DNA of 64,000 bases from Leptonemataceae bacterium (GTDB lineage Bacteria > Spirochaetota > Leptospiria > Leptospirales > Leptonemataceae). Where the stretch lies: assembly GCA_965227295.1 (NCBI GenBank), contig OZ245742.1, forward strand, positions 640,001 to 704,000, given 5' to 3'. Position numbers and translations under genes: made by a program. Of the stretch, positions 40,344 to 49,335 are shown one piece after another. Below the pieces are notes generated by a model. The model had not been told where the DNA came from and did no database searches. It was given only the letters and a program-made list of their open reading frames with translations. Each line of letters starts with the position of its first letter. Positions within the stretch are counted from its first letter, which is position 1.

Positions 40344-41572
40344 ACGAGGCAGAGAAAAATCCCCCGAATACCATTGCGACCTTAGCAGACCTCCTTCCGG
40401 GAGACCTGTGTGTTCGGCTCGGCGATGGTACATTTTCGTATCAGGAATTCCTGGACGGAGCACATCGTCCCGCATCTGTTCCAGCGCAATGCCGGGAAAA
40501 ACGTGGAAGCCTTAACTTTCAGGGAGTTGACATTTGTTCCATTGAACTGTCTCCGGACGGGCAGAACCTAACCATCCAGAGCAGACCCGTTTCCGTCGAA
40601 ACGATTCGAGCCGATGCTGTCGTTGAACTGAGCGCTGAAGTCGGCCGAACGTGGCTCGACCTGGGAGACGTGGCCGCTCTAAACAGCGGAACCGTGATCG
40701 AAGTAAACCGCCACCCCGATGAACCCATAACGCTCTTCATAGCCGGCCATGCCGTGGGTACGGCGCGACCGGTCCGCATCGACGACTTCTACGGGATTCG
40801 TGTGGAATCGCTATTTGAAATGGATGCGCTGGCAGCACGGCTGAATCAGGCCGGGCCGCTTGAGGACCGCATTCATCAAGCCTCGGTGATGGCAACAGAA
40901 CGTCCCGGAATCGAGAGCCGGCTCCTCTTCGGTCGAACACGCCTGAGGTATTCCGAACTGGCCGAACTCCACGTCGGTCAATTGCTCGCGTTAGATCGCA
41001 TCGTCGGCCTGCCCGCCGAGTTCGTACTGGACTCCGGGTTGCGTTTGCCGGCAGAAGTGTGTACGTCCGCCGACTTTCTCGCGGCCCGAATCATCGGCCG
41101 GCCTCTAAACCTGCTGCCCGAAATTGACACAGGCCGACGCATCGAATCGGATGATGAGCCTGAAGTGCCCGTTGCTGTTTCGGAACCAGGCGAAGGACGT
41201 TCGGAAACCGACGCATCGTCGCCGGTACCGGATCTGCAACTACCGGACGAGCCGACTGTGTTTGACGCCGCACAACTCGTGGATCCCGCCCTCGTTGCCG
41301 GAGTGCTGATCCCGGAACTCGATCAACTCATCGCCTTCGTGCTCGTTCACTTCACATCGGATCGGGCGGCGGAGGTGTTACGCAGGTTCCCGGAATCGCG
41401 ACAGGATAAAATCTTGCGGCGCATGTCAAAGATTGAATCAACCCGGGTCGACATCGACTACGAAGTAAACCGGGTCCTGATACGAAAGCTATACTATCGG
41501 CCTACTTCGAAGGAACACGACGGCCGCGCCACCGCCGATGAAATTCGCGCGGAACTGGAAAAACCCGGGTGA
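40340..41572 (+). CDS. FliN/SpoA-repeat protein fused to a FliG middle-domain-like region
   Basis: LSAEVGRTWL...GTVIEV...YGIRV; FGRTRL...VGQLLALD; C-terminal QLIAFVLVHF...AAEVLRRFPESRQDKILRRM. Confidence 0.7.
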   Translation: MNEAEKNPPNTIATLADLLPGDLCVRLGDGTFSYQEFLDGAHRPASVPAQCREKRGSLNFQGVDICSIELSPDGQNLTIQSRPVSVETIRADAVVELSAEVGRTWLDLGDVAALNSGTVIEVNRHPDEPITLFIAGHAVGTARPVRIDDFYGIRVESLFEMDALAARLNQAGPLEDRIHQASVMATERPGIESRLLFGRTRLRYSELAELHVGQLLALDRIVGLPAEFVLDSGLRLPAEVCTSADFLAARIIGRPLNLLPEIDTGRRIESDDEPEVPVAVSEPGEGRSETDASSPVPDLQLPDEPTVFDAAQLVDPALVAGVLIPELDQLIAFVLVHFTSDRAAEVLRRFPESRQDKILRRMSKIESTRVDIDYEVNRVLIRKLYYRPTSKEHDGRATADEIRAELEKPG

Positions 41573-41844
41573 TAAAACCTTCCAGCCGGGCAGCTCCGGC
41601 CCCCGTCCCCGTGCAATTCCGCGAGCAGAAAGTACAACCGGTGTTCCGGATCATCGATGACAAAATCCAGTGGCAATTCAAACGTCCGCAACCGCGGCGA
41701 ACCGATCGAAACCATCAACGCGGCAATCTTGCCATCGGTGTCAGCCGCCTCGAAACCATCGGCTCCATCCGCCAACACCGCAAGCCCGCGCTCAATCCAC
41801 TCAGCGCCGGGAAGATCCGCAGGAACAAGACCGCCCTCACTCAC
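41494..41844 (-). pseudogene. Small hypothetical protein, possibly 3'-truncated or frameshifted
   Basis: LPGAEWIERGL...LMVSIGSPRLR...PEHRLYFLLA resembles a small family as I recall it; the tail overlaps the convergent gene by about 80 nt. Confidence 0.4.
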
Positions 41845-41907
41845 CCGACACTCTCACTCACCCACCAACCCGATCACACAAAACTCTGTGCCTCTGTGGC
41901 CAGAGGA

Positions 41908-43620
41908 TCACTGCCCACGCTTCTGATTCACCAATCGCTGCAAATCACTGAACTGCAACAGATCCCGCTGATCCTTGCCGGCGGCGATCATCGGAAAGAC
42001 CTTCTCATCCGCGGGGATCACCACTTCGAGAAACGCCGGCTCGTTCGGATCTTTCAGAAAAAACTCCACGCCGTCTTCGATCTCGTCCGGCTTCACGATG
42101 CGTTTGCCGGGGATGTCGAAGGACTCGGCAAGCTTGACGAAGTTCGGATTGTACTGCCACTCGGATTCCGAGAAGCGCTCTTCGAAGAACAGCTCCTGCC
42201 ACTGGCGGACCATGCCCAGAAAATCGTTGTTTAACAGTAAGATCTTCACGCCCAGGTTGTACTGGCGGATCGTCGCGAGTTCTTGAATGCACATCTGGTA
42301 CGAGCCGTCGCCGGTGACGCAGATCACCAGGTCGTCGGGCTTCGCAAATTTTGCGCCGATGGCCGCGGGCAGGCCGTAGCCCATGGTGCCCAGGCCGCCG
42401 GACGTGAGCCAGCGATTCGGTTCGTCGAAGAGATAGTACTGCGCCGCCCACATCTGGTGTTGACCCACGTCCGTCGAAACGATGGCCTTGCCCTGCGTGA
42501 CCTCGTAGATTCTCTCCAGCATGCGCTGCGGTTTGATGACTTCGCTGCTGTCTTCGTACGCGAGCGGAAACTTCTGTTTGTACGCATCTAAGTGATTCAC
42601 CCACTCCGATCGATCTTTCTTTTCAACGTACGGCAGGAGCGCCTGGAGCACGTCTTTGAGATCGCCGGAAACGTAATGATCCACCGTAACGCGCTTGTTG
42701 ATTTCGGCGGGGTCGATGTCGATGTGCGCACGCACGGCCTGTTCAGCAAACTGATCGGCACGTCCCGCAACGCGATCGTCGAAGCGCGCGCCGAGGGAAA
42801 AAATAAAATCACATTCGAGGATGGCCTTGTTCGCGTACGCCGTGCCGTGCATGCCGGGCATGCCCACGGACAAAATGTGCGATCCCGGAAACGCGCCGAG
42901 GCCCATCAACGTACACGTGACCGGCGCCATGGCTTTTTCGGCCAGCGAACGCACCTCGTGCGCCGCGTTGGCGTTGATGGCGCCGCCGCCGACATACAAC
43001 AACGGTCGCTCCGCGTTATTCAGCGCTTCGGCCAGCGCTTCGACATCGCCCTGTACCGGCGGATGCTTCAGGAAACGTTTGCTTAACTTCGGCTCGCTGC
43101 TGAACACAGACGTCGGCGCATTCTGCACGTCTTTCGGAAGATCGATCAACACCGGACCCGGGCGGCCCGTCGTGCACATGGTCCACGCCTCGGCGAAGAT
43201 CTGCGCGAGTTCGTCCACGTCTTTGATGAGCGCGTTGTATTTCGTAACCGGCAGGGTAATGCCGAAGATGTCCGCCTCCTGGAAGGCGTCCGAGCCGATG
43301 GCGGCCGTGGGAACCTGGCCGGTAATGACGAACAACGGGATACTGTCCATCTTCGCGTCGCAGAGGCCGGTGATGGTGTTCGTCGCACCGGGGCCGCTGG
43401 TGACGATGGCGACGCCGGGCCGGCCGGTGGCACGAGCGTAGCCCTCGGCCATGTGCACGGCACCCTGCTCGTGTCGCACGAGGATGTGTTTGATGTTGGA
43501 ATGATACAGTTCGTCGTAGAACGGAAGAATCGCGCCGCCGGGATAGCCGAAGACGAGGTCCACCCCGTGCGATTCGAGGAGTTCCACAAGCAGGCGCGCG
43601 CCGGTTTTCGTAGCAGTCAT
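41908..43620 (-). CDS. ilvB: Acetolactate synthase large subunit
   Basis: [43 protein letters not shown]. Confidence 0.96.
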   Translation of the reverse strand: MTATKTGARLLVELLESHGVDLVFGYPGGAILPFYDELYHSNIKHILVRHEQGAVHMAEGYARATGRPGVAIVTSGPGATNTITGLCDAKMDSIPLFVITGQVPTAAIGSDAFQEADIFGITLPVTKYNALIKDVDELAQIFAEAWTMCTTGRPGPVLIDLPKDVQNAPTSVFSSEPKLSKRFLKHPPVQGDVEALAEALNNAERPLLYVGGGAINANAAHEVRSLAEKAMAPVTCTLMGLGAFPGSHILSVGMPGMHGTAYANKAILECDFIFSLGARFDDRVAGRADQFAEQAVRAHIDIDPAEINKRVTVDHYVSGDLKDVLQALLPYVEKKDRSEWVNHLDAYKQKFPLAYEDSSEVIKPQRMLERIYEVTQGKAIVSTDVGQHQMWAAQYYLFDEPNRWLTSGGLGTMGYGLPAAIGAKFAKPDDLVICVTGDGSYQMCIQELATIRQYNLGVKILLLNNDFLGMVRQWQELFFEERFSESEWQYNPNFVKLAESFDIPGKRIVKPDEIEDGVEFFLKDPNEPAFLEVVIPADEKVFPMIAAGKDQRDLLQFSDLQRLVNQKRGQ

Positions 43621-43737
43621 GGTCGAGTATCCTGAAACAGTTTCTCAGATGACAGGATCGCCGGAATAGCCCAGAAAGGCAAGTACTCGCAGGGCCGGAG
43701 CCCGCATCATCTTGAAAGTCCGGAGGATTTCTCTCAT

Positions 43738-44166
43738 ATGATTACACAAAACAACCTGTCCCGCAAAGCATTACTCGGCCGCGCCGGTGCCCTCCTGGCC
43801 GCCGTCGCCGTGGTACCCTACTGCAGCCGCACGGCCCACGCAGCCGATCCGCTCACGGCGTCAGCCCTGGACTGCGTCGGCATCGGGGAAGAGTGTCTCA
43901 CCCACTGCCTCGAAAGTCTGAGCAAGGGCGACGACTCCCTCAAACGCTGCGCCGTCACGGTCCGCGACACGATCACGGCCTGCGAGGCCCTGGCCGGTTT
44001 CTCCGCCGCGAAGTCCGAACACCTCGCCGCGTACATCCCCGTGTGCAAAAAGATCTGCGAGGACTGCCGCGACGAATGTGAAAAGCACGCGAAGCACCAC
44101 GACATCTGCAAACGCTGTGCGGATGCCTGCGCCGCATGCATCGATGCAATGAACGCAGTGGCGTAA
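43738..44166 (+). CDS. Csp1-like four-helix-bundle copper storage protein with Tat-like signal
   Basis: GGAGG RBS; SRKALL signal; 13 Cys after the AHA cleavage site in CxxC/CxxxC motifs. Confidence 0.88.
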   Translation: MITQNNLSRKALLGRAGALLAAVAVVPYCSRTAHAADPLTASALDCVGIGEECLTHCLESLSKGDDSLKRCAVTVRDTITACEALAGFSAAKSEHLAAYIPVCKKICEDCRDECEKHAKHHDICKRCADACAACIDAMNAVA

Positions 44167-44261
44167 TGGATTATGAATTCTTGCGCCAGGACATACAGGT
44201 TTGAAGAGGTCGCGCGGACATTCTGATCCTTGAGAATAGTCTGTGTATCAGGTAAGATTCA

Positions 44262-44369
44262 TTTGGGCGCATCGCCGCTGCGCGGCGACCGGGCTTTCCA
44301 GGGCTCCGCTATCGCTTCGGTCTTTGCTGCGCAAAGACTCGCTTCGCGACCCTTCCAATCCCTTGCGCG
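44262..44369 (+). ncRNA. Flavo-1-like structured RNA / repeat, copy A
   Basis: TTTGGGCGCA...CGGGCTTTCC...ATCCCTTGCGCG; covarying helices with copies B and C. Confidence 0.7.
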
Positions 44370-44391
44370 AAGAAACAAAAAGAACCGCAAA

Positions 44392-45474
44392 ATGGAACTG
44401 AAGGACATCGCATCTTACCAGAAGAGTCTCGATAAACTCGATCTGGAAAACCCGCCGGTCCTCATGGTCTCCGGCACGGACCCCGGTGCGGCCGAGCGCC
44501 TCACCGAACGGCTGCGCGGACGGCTGCGCAAAGAGGTCGGCCAGTACGAGACGCTGATCTTCTCCGGCGAGCAAGGTGACGATGAACGCTTCTTAGAAGA
44601 GATCGCCAACGTGCCGCTGTTCTCCCCGTACCGGCTCATCCTCATTCGCCAGGCCGAGGAGTTGTTCAAAGGCGCGTTGCAATCGAAAGCGCAGCAGTCC
44701 GCGTTCGAGCAGGCCTTTTCCCAGGCGGCCGCGCGCACGCTGGTCTTCCTCGTCTACGAAGGCAGTCCGCCGCAGAAGTTAGTGAAGATCCTGCACGGCG
44801 CCGACAAAGAGCGCGACGGGCTGCTGCATCTCGTAACGCGGGATCTGTTTTCGAATCAGATCCTGGATCAAATCCGTCACGCTGCGAAACGCTCGCAGCT
44901 CAACCTCAGCGAAGAAGCGGTGCACCTCATGCGCGAACACCTGGAACCGCGCGCCGGGGTCATCGAACGCACTCTGCAACGATTGAACGACATGCTCAGC
45001 GAGCAGCAACGCGCGAACGTGATCGGCGTGGACGAGGTTCGCGAGGTCTTGTTTCCGGGACAGGGCGCGAACTCGTTCGCCCTCGTCGATGCCCTCTTCG
45101 CGTTGGACCAGCCCACCGTGCAGCGCGAGCTGGTTCGCTGGAATCCGAACCACGACTCGTTCTTCAGCGTGTTGAAGCTCATGCTCATGCGCGCGGATGA
45201 AATCCGCAAGGCTCGCATCGGCATCGGCATGTCCATGAACGACGCCGAGTTGATCGACTTCCTGGGCCTCAAGTCCCGCCACCCATACGTTCAAAAGAAG
45301 GTCCTCAGCCGCGTCAAAATGGAAGTGAACACGTTCACGCCGCAACGCCTCACGGATATCTACGAATTCCTGATCCAGATCCAGCACGACTTTCGCAGCA
45401 ACGTCTCCGTGCACCGGCACAACCTCATCTTTCAAGAACGCATCAGCCGCGTGTTTTTTCAAACAACGCATTGA
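44392..45474 (+). CDS. holA: DNA polymerase III delta subunit
   Basis: IANVPLFSPYRLILIRQAE, LSEEAVHL, FALVDAL, HPYVQKK. Confidence 0.8.
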   Translation: MELKDIASYQKSLDKLDLENPPVLMVSGTDPGAAERLTERLRGRLRKEVGQYETLIFSGEQGDDERFLEEIANVPLFSPYRLILIRQAEELFKGALQSKAQQSAFEQAFSQAAARTLVFLVYEGSPPQKLVKILHGADKERDGLLHLVTRDLFSNQILDQIRHAAKRSQLNLSEEAVHLMREHLEPRAGVIERTLQRLNDMLSEQQRANVIGVDEVREVLFPGQGANSFALVDALFALDQPTVQRELVRWNPNHDSFFSVLKLMLMRADEIRKARIGIGMSMNDAELIDFLGLKSRHPYVQKKVLSRVKMEVNTFTPQRLTDIYEFLIQIQHDFRSNVSVHRHNLIFQERISRVFFQTTH

Positions 45475-45491
45475 TGATCCGCACTTCTGAC

Positions 45492-45536
45492 ACGCCCCGA
45501 ATCTAAGTGTAAGTGCCCTGAAGTTAGTCCGGGCGT
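45492..45536 (+). other. Hairpin between convergent genes; shares a motif with 53002..53125
   Basis: acgccc/gggcgt and ctaa/ttag stems. Confidence 0.45.
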
Positions 45537-45546
45537 CCGGAACAGG

Positions 45547-46263
45547 TCAATCCGCATAGATATACTGCGCCGGCGCGAGATTCCCGCCGTCGTCGTACTC
45601 GACCTGGCCGGAACCGGTTGCATCGTCGAGCCGATAGATCATCGGTATGTTCGAATCCGCCAGGACAATGCGATCGTTCCCGTCGACCCACAAACCACGT
45701 ATGCCCTGGAACGGCGTGCCGTTGGAACCGTCGTACTCGCTCTGGTTCGTCCCGGACATGTCGTCGAAGCGGTATAACAGGCCGTGGATCAGGTCCGCCA
45801 CCAGGATGCGCCCGCTCGCATCCAGACCGACGCCGAAGGGCCGGTTGAACGTTGTGCCGTTGCTGCCGTCGTACACAACTTCGCCGGCGCCGCTGATGTC
45901 ATCGTAACGATAGAGCTCCCCGCTGAACGTCGAAGTAACGTAAATGCGACCGCTACCATCGACGGTGATGCCCTGCACGTTATTCCAGCCCGGCCGGCTC
46001 AGCTCCGCCTGGTTCGTACCGCTCATATCTTCAAAGCGATACACGAGCGCATCACTGTTATCGTTGACGAAAATCCGCAACGGTTCCGATGCCTCTTCCG
46101 TGATCGGTGCCGGCACTCGCTGTAGTGCCAGTGTTTGCAGCAGGATCGCTCCGGCCGGCCCGCAGGTGATATCCGATGAGTTGCACAATTGCGCCGGCAG
46201 ACAGGCTCCACACAGGGCGGTGAGGATTGCAGCCGGCAGGATCAGCAGTCGCAAAACCGTCAT
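45547..46263 (-). CDS. NHL-repeat / beta-propeller lipoprotein
   Basis: Lipobox-like Cys; repeats GITVDGSGRIYV, GVGLDASGRILVAD, GLWVDGNDRIVLAD; YRF(E/D)DMSGTNQ repeated. Confidence 0.75.
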   Translation of the reverse strand: MTVLRLLILPAAILTALCGACLPAQLCNSSDITCGPAGAILLQTLALQRVPAPITEEASEPLRIFVNDNSDALVYRFEDMSGTNQAELSRPGWNNVQGITVDGSGRIYVTSTFSGELYRYDDISGAGEVVYDGSNGTTFNRPFGVGLDASGRILVADLIHGLLYRFDDMSGTNQSEYDGSNGTPFQGIRGLWVDGNDRIVLADSNIPMIYRLDDATGSGQVEYDDGGNLAPAQYIYAD

Positions 46264-46335
46264 GGGCCGATCCTACTTGATCATGCCGGGCGAGTCGTCT
46301 CGCTCGGCCGAAAGTTACCACTACGGGACTAAGGG

Positions 46336-47055
46336 TTGACGCGAAATGCGGAGACCGGCGTGCTTCGCATCGTGGCTCATCTGGCCGGGAACATAACGCT
46401 GGTGGTCGGCGGCCTGAGCGCGTTCACCGCGGCGCTGTTTTTGTTTTCGCCGAAGGGCCGCCCGGCCTCCCTCTACGTGGGTTACCTGTTGCTGCTCGTC
46501 TTTCTCATCTACGCCACGCGCTTCAGCATTCAGCAGGGCCTGGCGTTTGCGCCGTACCTGGCTTTACTCGCGTTTCCCCTGGCGCCGCTTCACGGCCCGC
46601 TCGTCGAAGCCTATCTGCGCAAATCCTTTTTCGAGAAGCCGAATACTCCGCCGGCTTACACGCCGGCCGCAACAGCGGCGCTGCGGGAATCCGCATCGCG
46701 CACCGTGGAGGAAATCGAAGCACACCGGCGCATCGCCGACGCCGTTCGCGAGGTTTTCAAGGACGATCGCCTGCATTTGAACGAGGAGCTGTCGTTAATG
46801 GATCTTGCGCGCGAGTTAGGAGAGTCGCGGCATACGATGTCCGCTGTGATCAGCGCGGAGTTCGATACGAATTTCTACGGCCTGGTGAATCGCTATCGCG
46901 TGAACGAGGCCCGGGAGCTGCTGCGCGACCCGGACCTCGCCGACGAAACGATTCTGAACATTGCGTATCGCTCCGGCTTTCGCAGCAAGGCCGTGTTCAA
47001 TCGCGTATTCAAAGAATTCACCGGACAAACGCCGGGGGAGTTTCGTGGTTCGTAG
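46336..47055 (+). CDS. Membrane-anchored AraC family transcriptional regulator
   Basis: About 3 TM helices; NFYGLVNRYRV...IAYRSGFRSKAVFNRVFKEFTGQTP. Confidence 0.85.
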   Translation: MTRNAETGVLRIVAHLAGNITLVVGGLSAFTAALFLFSPKGRPASLYVGYLLLLVFLIYATRFSIQQGLAFAPYLALLAFPLAPLHGPLVEAYLRKSFFEKPNTPPAYTPAATAALRESASRTVEEIEAHRRIADAVREVFKDDRLHLNEELSLMDLARELGESRHTMSAVISAEFDTNFYGLVNRYRVNEARELLRDPDLADETILNIAYRSGFRSKAVFNRVFKEFTGQTPGEFRGS

Positions 47056-47069
47056 GCGCACTACCGCCG

Positions 47070-47255
47070 TCAAGAATCCGACAGCAACTTGCCTTTCTTC
47101 GCCCAGTTATCCCGCGATACTTCATCAATGACGATGTACGTGGCTTCCGGCGGTTTGCCGGCGACGTCCTGCATCACCTTCGTGATGCCCGCGACGATGT
47201 CCTTTTTCTGATCGGTCGAGAGTTCGCCCGCGACCTTTACGTTGATGTACGGCAT
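47070..47255 (-). CDS. 4-oxalocrotonate tautomerase family protein
   Basis: N-terminal catalytic Pro (MPYINVKV); DEVSRDNW; 61 aa. Confidence 0.9.
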   Translation of the reverse strand: MPYINVKVAGELSTDQKKDIVAGITKVMQDVAGKPPEATYIVIDEVSRDNWAKKGKLLSDS

Positions 47256-47332
47256 TCACGCAAAACGCGCTCTGAAGGCCAGCGGTCAATCTTTTCAGTT
47301 GTCCCCAGACCCGCCCGCCGGATCGTCGTATC

Positions 47333-48655
47333 ATGCGCCCCGCGGTCTACGTCCTCTCCACCGGCACCGAACTCAGCACCGGCCGATCCATCGATACCAA
47401 CGCCCCGTTCATCGCCCGCATGCTCGCCGAGCGCGGCTTTGCCGTCGCCGGCCTGGGCACCCTGCCCGACGACTACGACATCCTCAAAAAAGAAGTCACC
47501 CACGTCCTGGAACGACCCGACGTCGAGATCGTCATCATGACCGGCGGCCTGGGCCCCACCGACGACGACCTCACCGTCGACGTGCTCGCGGAGATCGCCG
47601 GCTCGGAACCCATGGAAGATCCCGATCATCTGCGCAAGCTGGAAGTCCTCGCGAAACGATTCTCGCGTCGCCTGGACCTGGCAAGTACGCGTCGCCAGGT
47701 CCGCATCGTCAAAGGGGCGCGCACCCTGCGGAATGAACGCGGCCTCGCGCCCGGCATGGCCCTCGAAGTACACAGTGCCGGCAAAACAAAGATTGTCGCC
47801 GCCATGCCCGGTGTGCCGCAGGAAATGGAGCAGATGATGCGCACCGACCTCGTGCCGTTCCTGGAAGAACGTTACGCGGACAGCGAGCGCGGGCGTTCCG
47901 TCTTCTACATCTACAACATGGGCGAGTCGGAGTTCCAGGCCCGCTTCTTCGGTACCGGCCGGGACGCCGCGCGCATGAAAACCGAAGCGGTCTTCGAGGA
48001 ACACGACTTCCCGCCTGGTTTTCGCTGGGGGGTGACCGCGGCCGCCGGACATCTAAAAGTTTTTTTCGAAGCGGAAAGCGCGAGCGCCATCGAGGCGATG
48101 CAGCAGCGCGTCGAGTCCGAACTGCAAAGCCAGTTTCTCACCGACACCGTGGAAGATGCGCTGCACGAGTACTGCCTGGACGCAAACGTTACCATCGCCG
48201 TGGCGGAGTCCTGCACCGGCGGACTCATCGGCAAGATTCTGACCGACCGCCCCGGGAGCTCCGGCTACTTTCTCGGCAGCCTCGCCACCTACGCCAACGC
48301 CGCAAAGGCAAACGTCTTAGGTGTTCCTGAGAGTATTTTAGTCGAGCACGGCGCCGTGAGCGCGGCCTGCGCCCGGGCCATGGCCGAGGGTGCCCTGCGC
48401 GTCCTCGGGGCCGACTACGCCGCCGCGGTCACGGGCATCGCCGGGCCGGGCGGCGGCAGCGACGAAAAACCGGTGGGCACGGTGTTCGTCGCCCTCGCCG
48501 GCAAAGACCGGGCGACCATCGTAGACCATCTCATGATCCCCCTCGACCGCGACCGCATGCGCAACTATACCGCGCGCATTGCACTCTTCGATCTTTACCG
48601 TTACATGCGCGGAACCTACGTGGAGGTCGGGCGTTTCCGTCCGCCCCGATCCTGA
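47333..48655 (+). CDS. cinA: CinA (molybdopterin-binding-like domain + NMN deamidase PncC)
   Basis: GTEL...DTNA, TGGLGPTDDDLT, MPGVPQEM, AESCTGG, HGAVS, TGIAGPGGG. Confidence 0.93.
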   Translation: MRPAVYVLSTGTELSTGRSIDTNAPFIARMLAERGFAVAGLGTLPDDYDILKKEVTHVLERPDVEIVIMTGGLGPTDDDLTVDVLAEIAGSEPMEDPDHLRKLEVLAKRFSRRLDLASTRRQVRIVKGARTLRNERGLAPGMALEVHSAGKTKIVAAMPGVPQEMEQMMRTDLVPFLEERYADSERGRSVFYIYNMGESEFQARFFGTGRDAARMKTEAVFEEHDFPPGFRWGVTAAAGHLKVFFEAESASAIEAMQQRVESELQSQFLTDTVEDALHEYCLDANVTIAVAESCTGGLIGKILTDRPGSSGYFLGSLATYANAAKANVLGVPESILVEHGAVSAACARAMAEGALRVLGADYAAAVTGIAGPGGGSDEKPVGTVFVALAGKDRATIVDHLMIPLDRDRMRNYTARIALFDLYRYMRGTYVEVGRFRPPRS

Positions 48656-49197
48656 TGCCGTTGGATCTTACCGACTACTACGCATTGCTCACGTTGCCGG
48701 ACGACGAACTATTGCAGCAATGCAAACGCAGCAACCACCAGGCCTCCGGCCCCGGCGGCCAAAAGCGCAACCGGGTCTACAGCGCGGTGCGCCTGGAACA
48801 TGCGGCGGCGGACCTCCGCGCGGAAGCGTCCGAGTACCGCGAAGCCGGGCGCAACTTAACAGACGCTCTGCAAAAGTTACGCCTGGCCGCGGCCTTCCAG
48901 GGGGCGGCCCTGGTTCCGTTTGTTCCGGCCGAAGATGCGCCGCCGGCGGAAATCCCCGAAGCGCCGCCGGAGTATCCGGCGTTCCGTGCGAAGATCAATC
49001 CCGGCCACCGGGACTTCCCCGCCGTAGTTCTGCTCGCACTGATCGCCCTGCGCCTGGGCCGGTCGGAACCCCGGCCGGCCGCCGAACGCCTCGGCGTGAC
49101 CACGTCGCAACTCGTCAAGTTCCTGAAGATCGACAAGGCCGTGCTCGCCCGGGCCAACGAACTCCGCACGCGCGCCGGCCGACCACGACTCCAGTAG
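48655..49197 (+). CDS. Peptide chain release factor-like protein (GGQ)
   Basis: ASGPGGQKRNRVYSAVRLEH; C-terminal AAERLGVTTSQLVKFL HTH-like segment. Confidence 0.82.
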   Translation: MPLDLTDYYALLTLPDDELLQQCKRSNHQASGPGGQKRNRVYSAVRLEHAAADLRAEASEYREAGRNLTDALQKLRLAAAFQGAALVPFVPAEDAPPAEIPEAPPEYPAFRAKINPGHRDFPAVVLLALIALRLGRSEPRPAAERLGVTTSQLVKFLKIDKAVLARANELRTRAGRPRLQ

Positions 49198-49335
49198 CGC
49201 CCCGCAACAATCCCGTGGCGATTCAATACCGCCGGACGTCGCCCCGGGATACGTGTCTATTTTATCCACGTCGCAGTTTTTCCTAATGCGACATAAAATC
49301 TTGCCGCCATTTCGCGGCGTGTAACACTGGTACAC

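Noticed and set aside
41884-41900. Short ctctgtg tandem repeat
   Set aside because: Only two units and one occurrence; too little to call an element
43621-43737. Branched-chain amino-acid attenuator upstream of ilvB (also looked upstream of cimA)
   Set aside because: No Leu/Ile/Val-rich leader peptide with a terminator is visible
44230-44391. N-terminal extensions of holA and of ORF 56436..57368 sharing LGASPLRGDRA
   Set aside because: The shared peptide is translation through the repeated RNA element, not a protein domain
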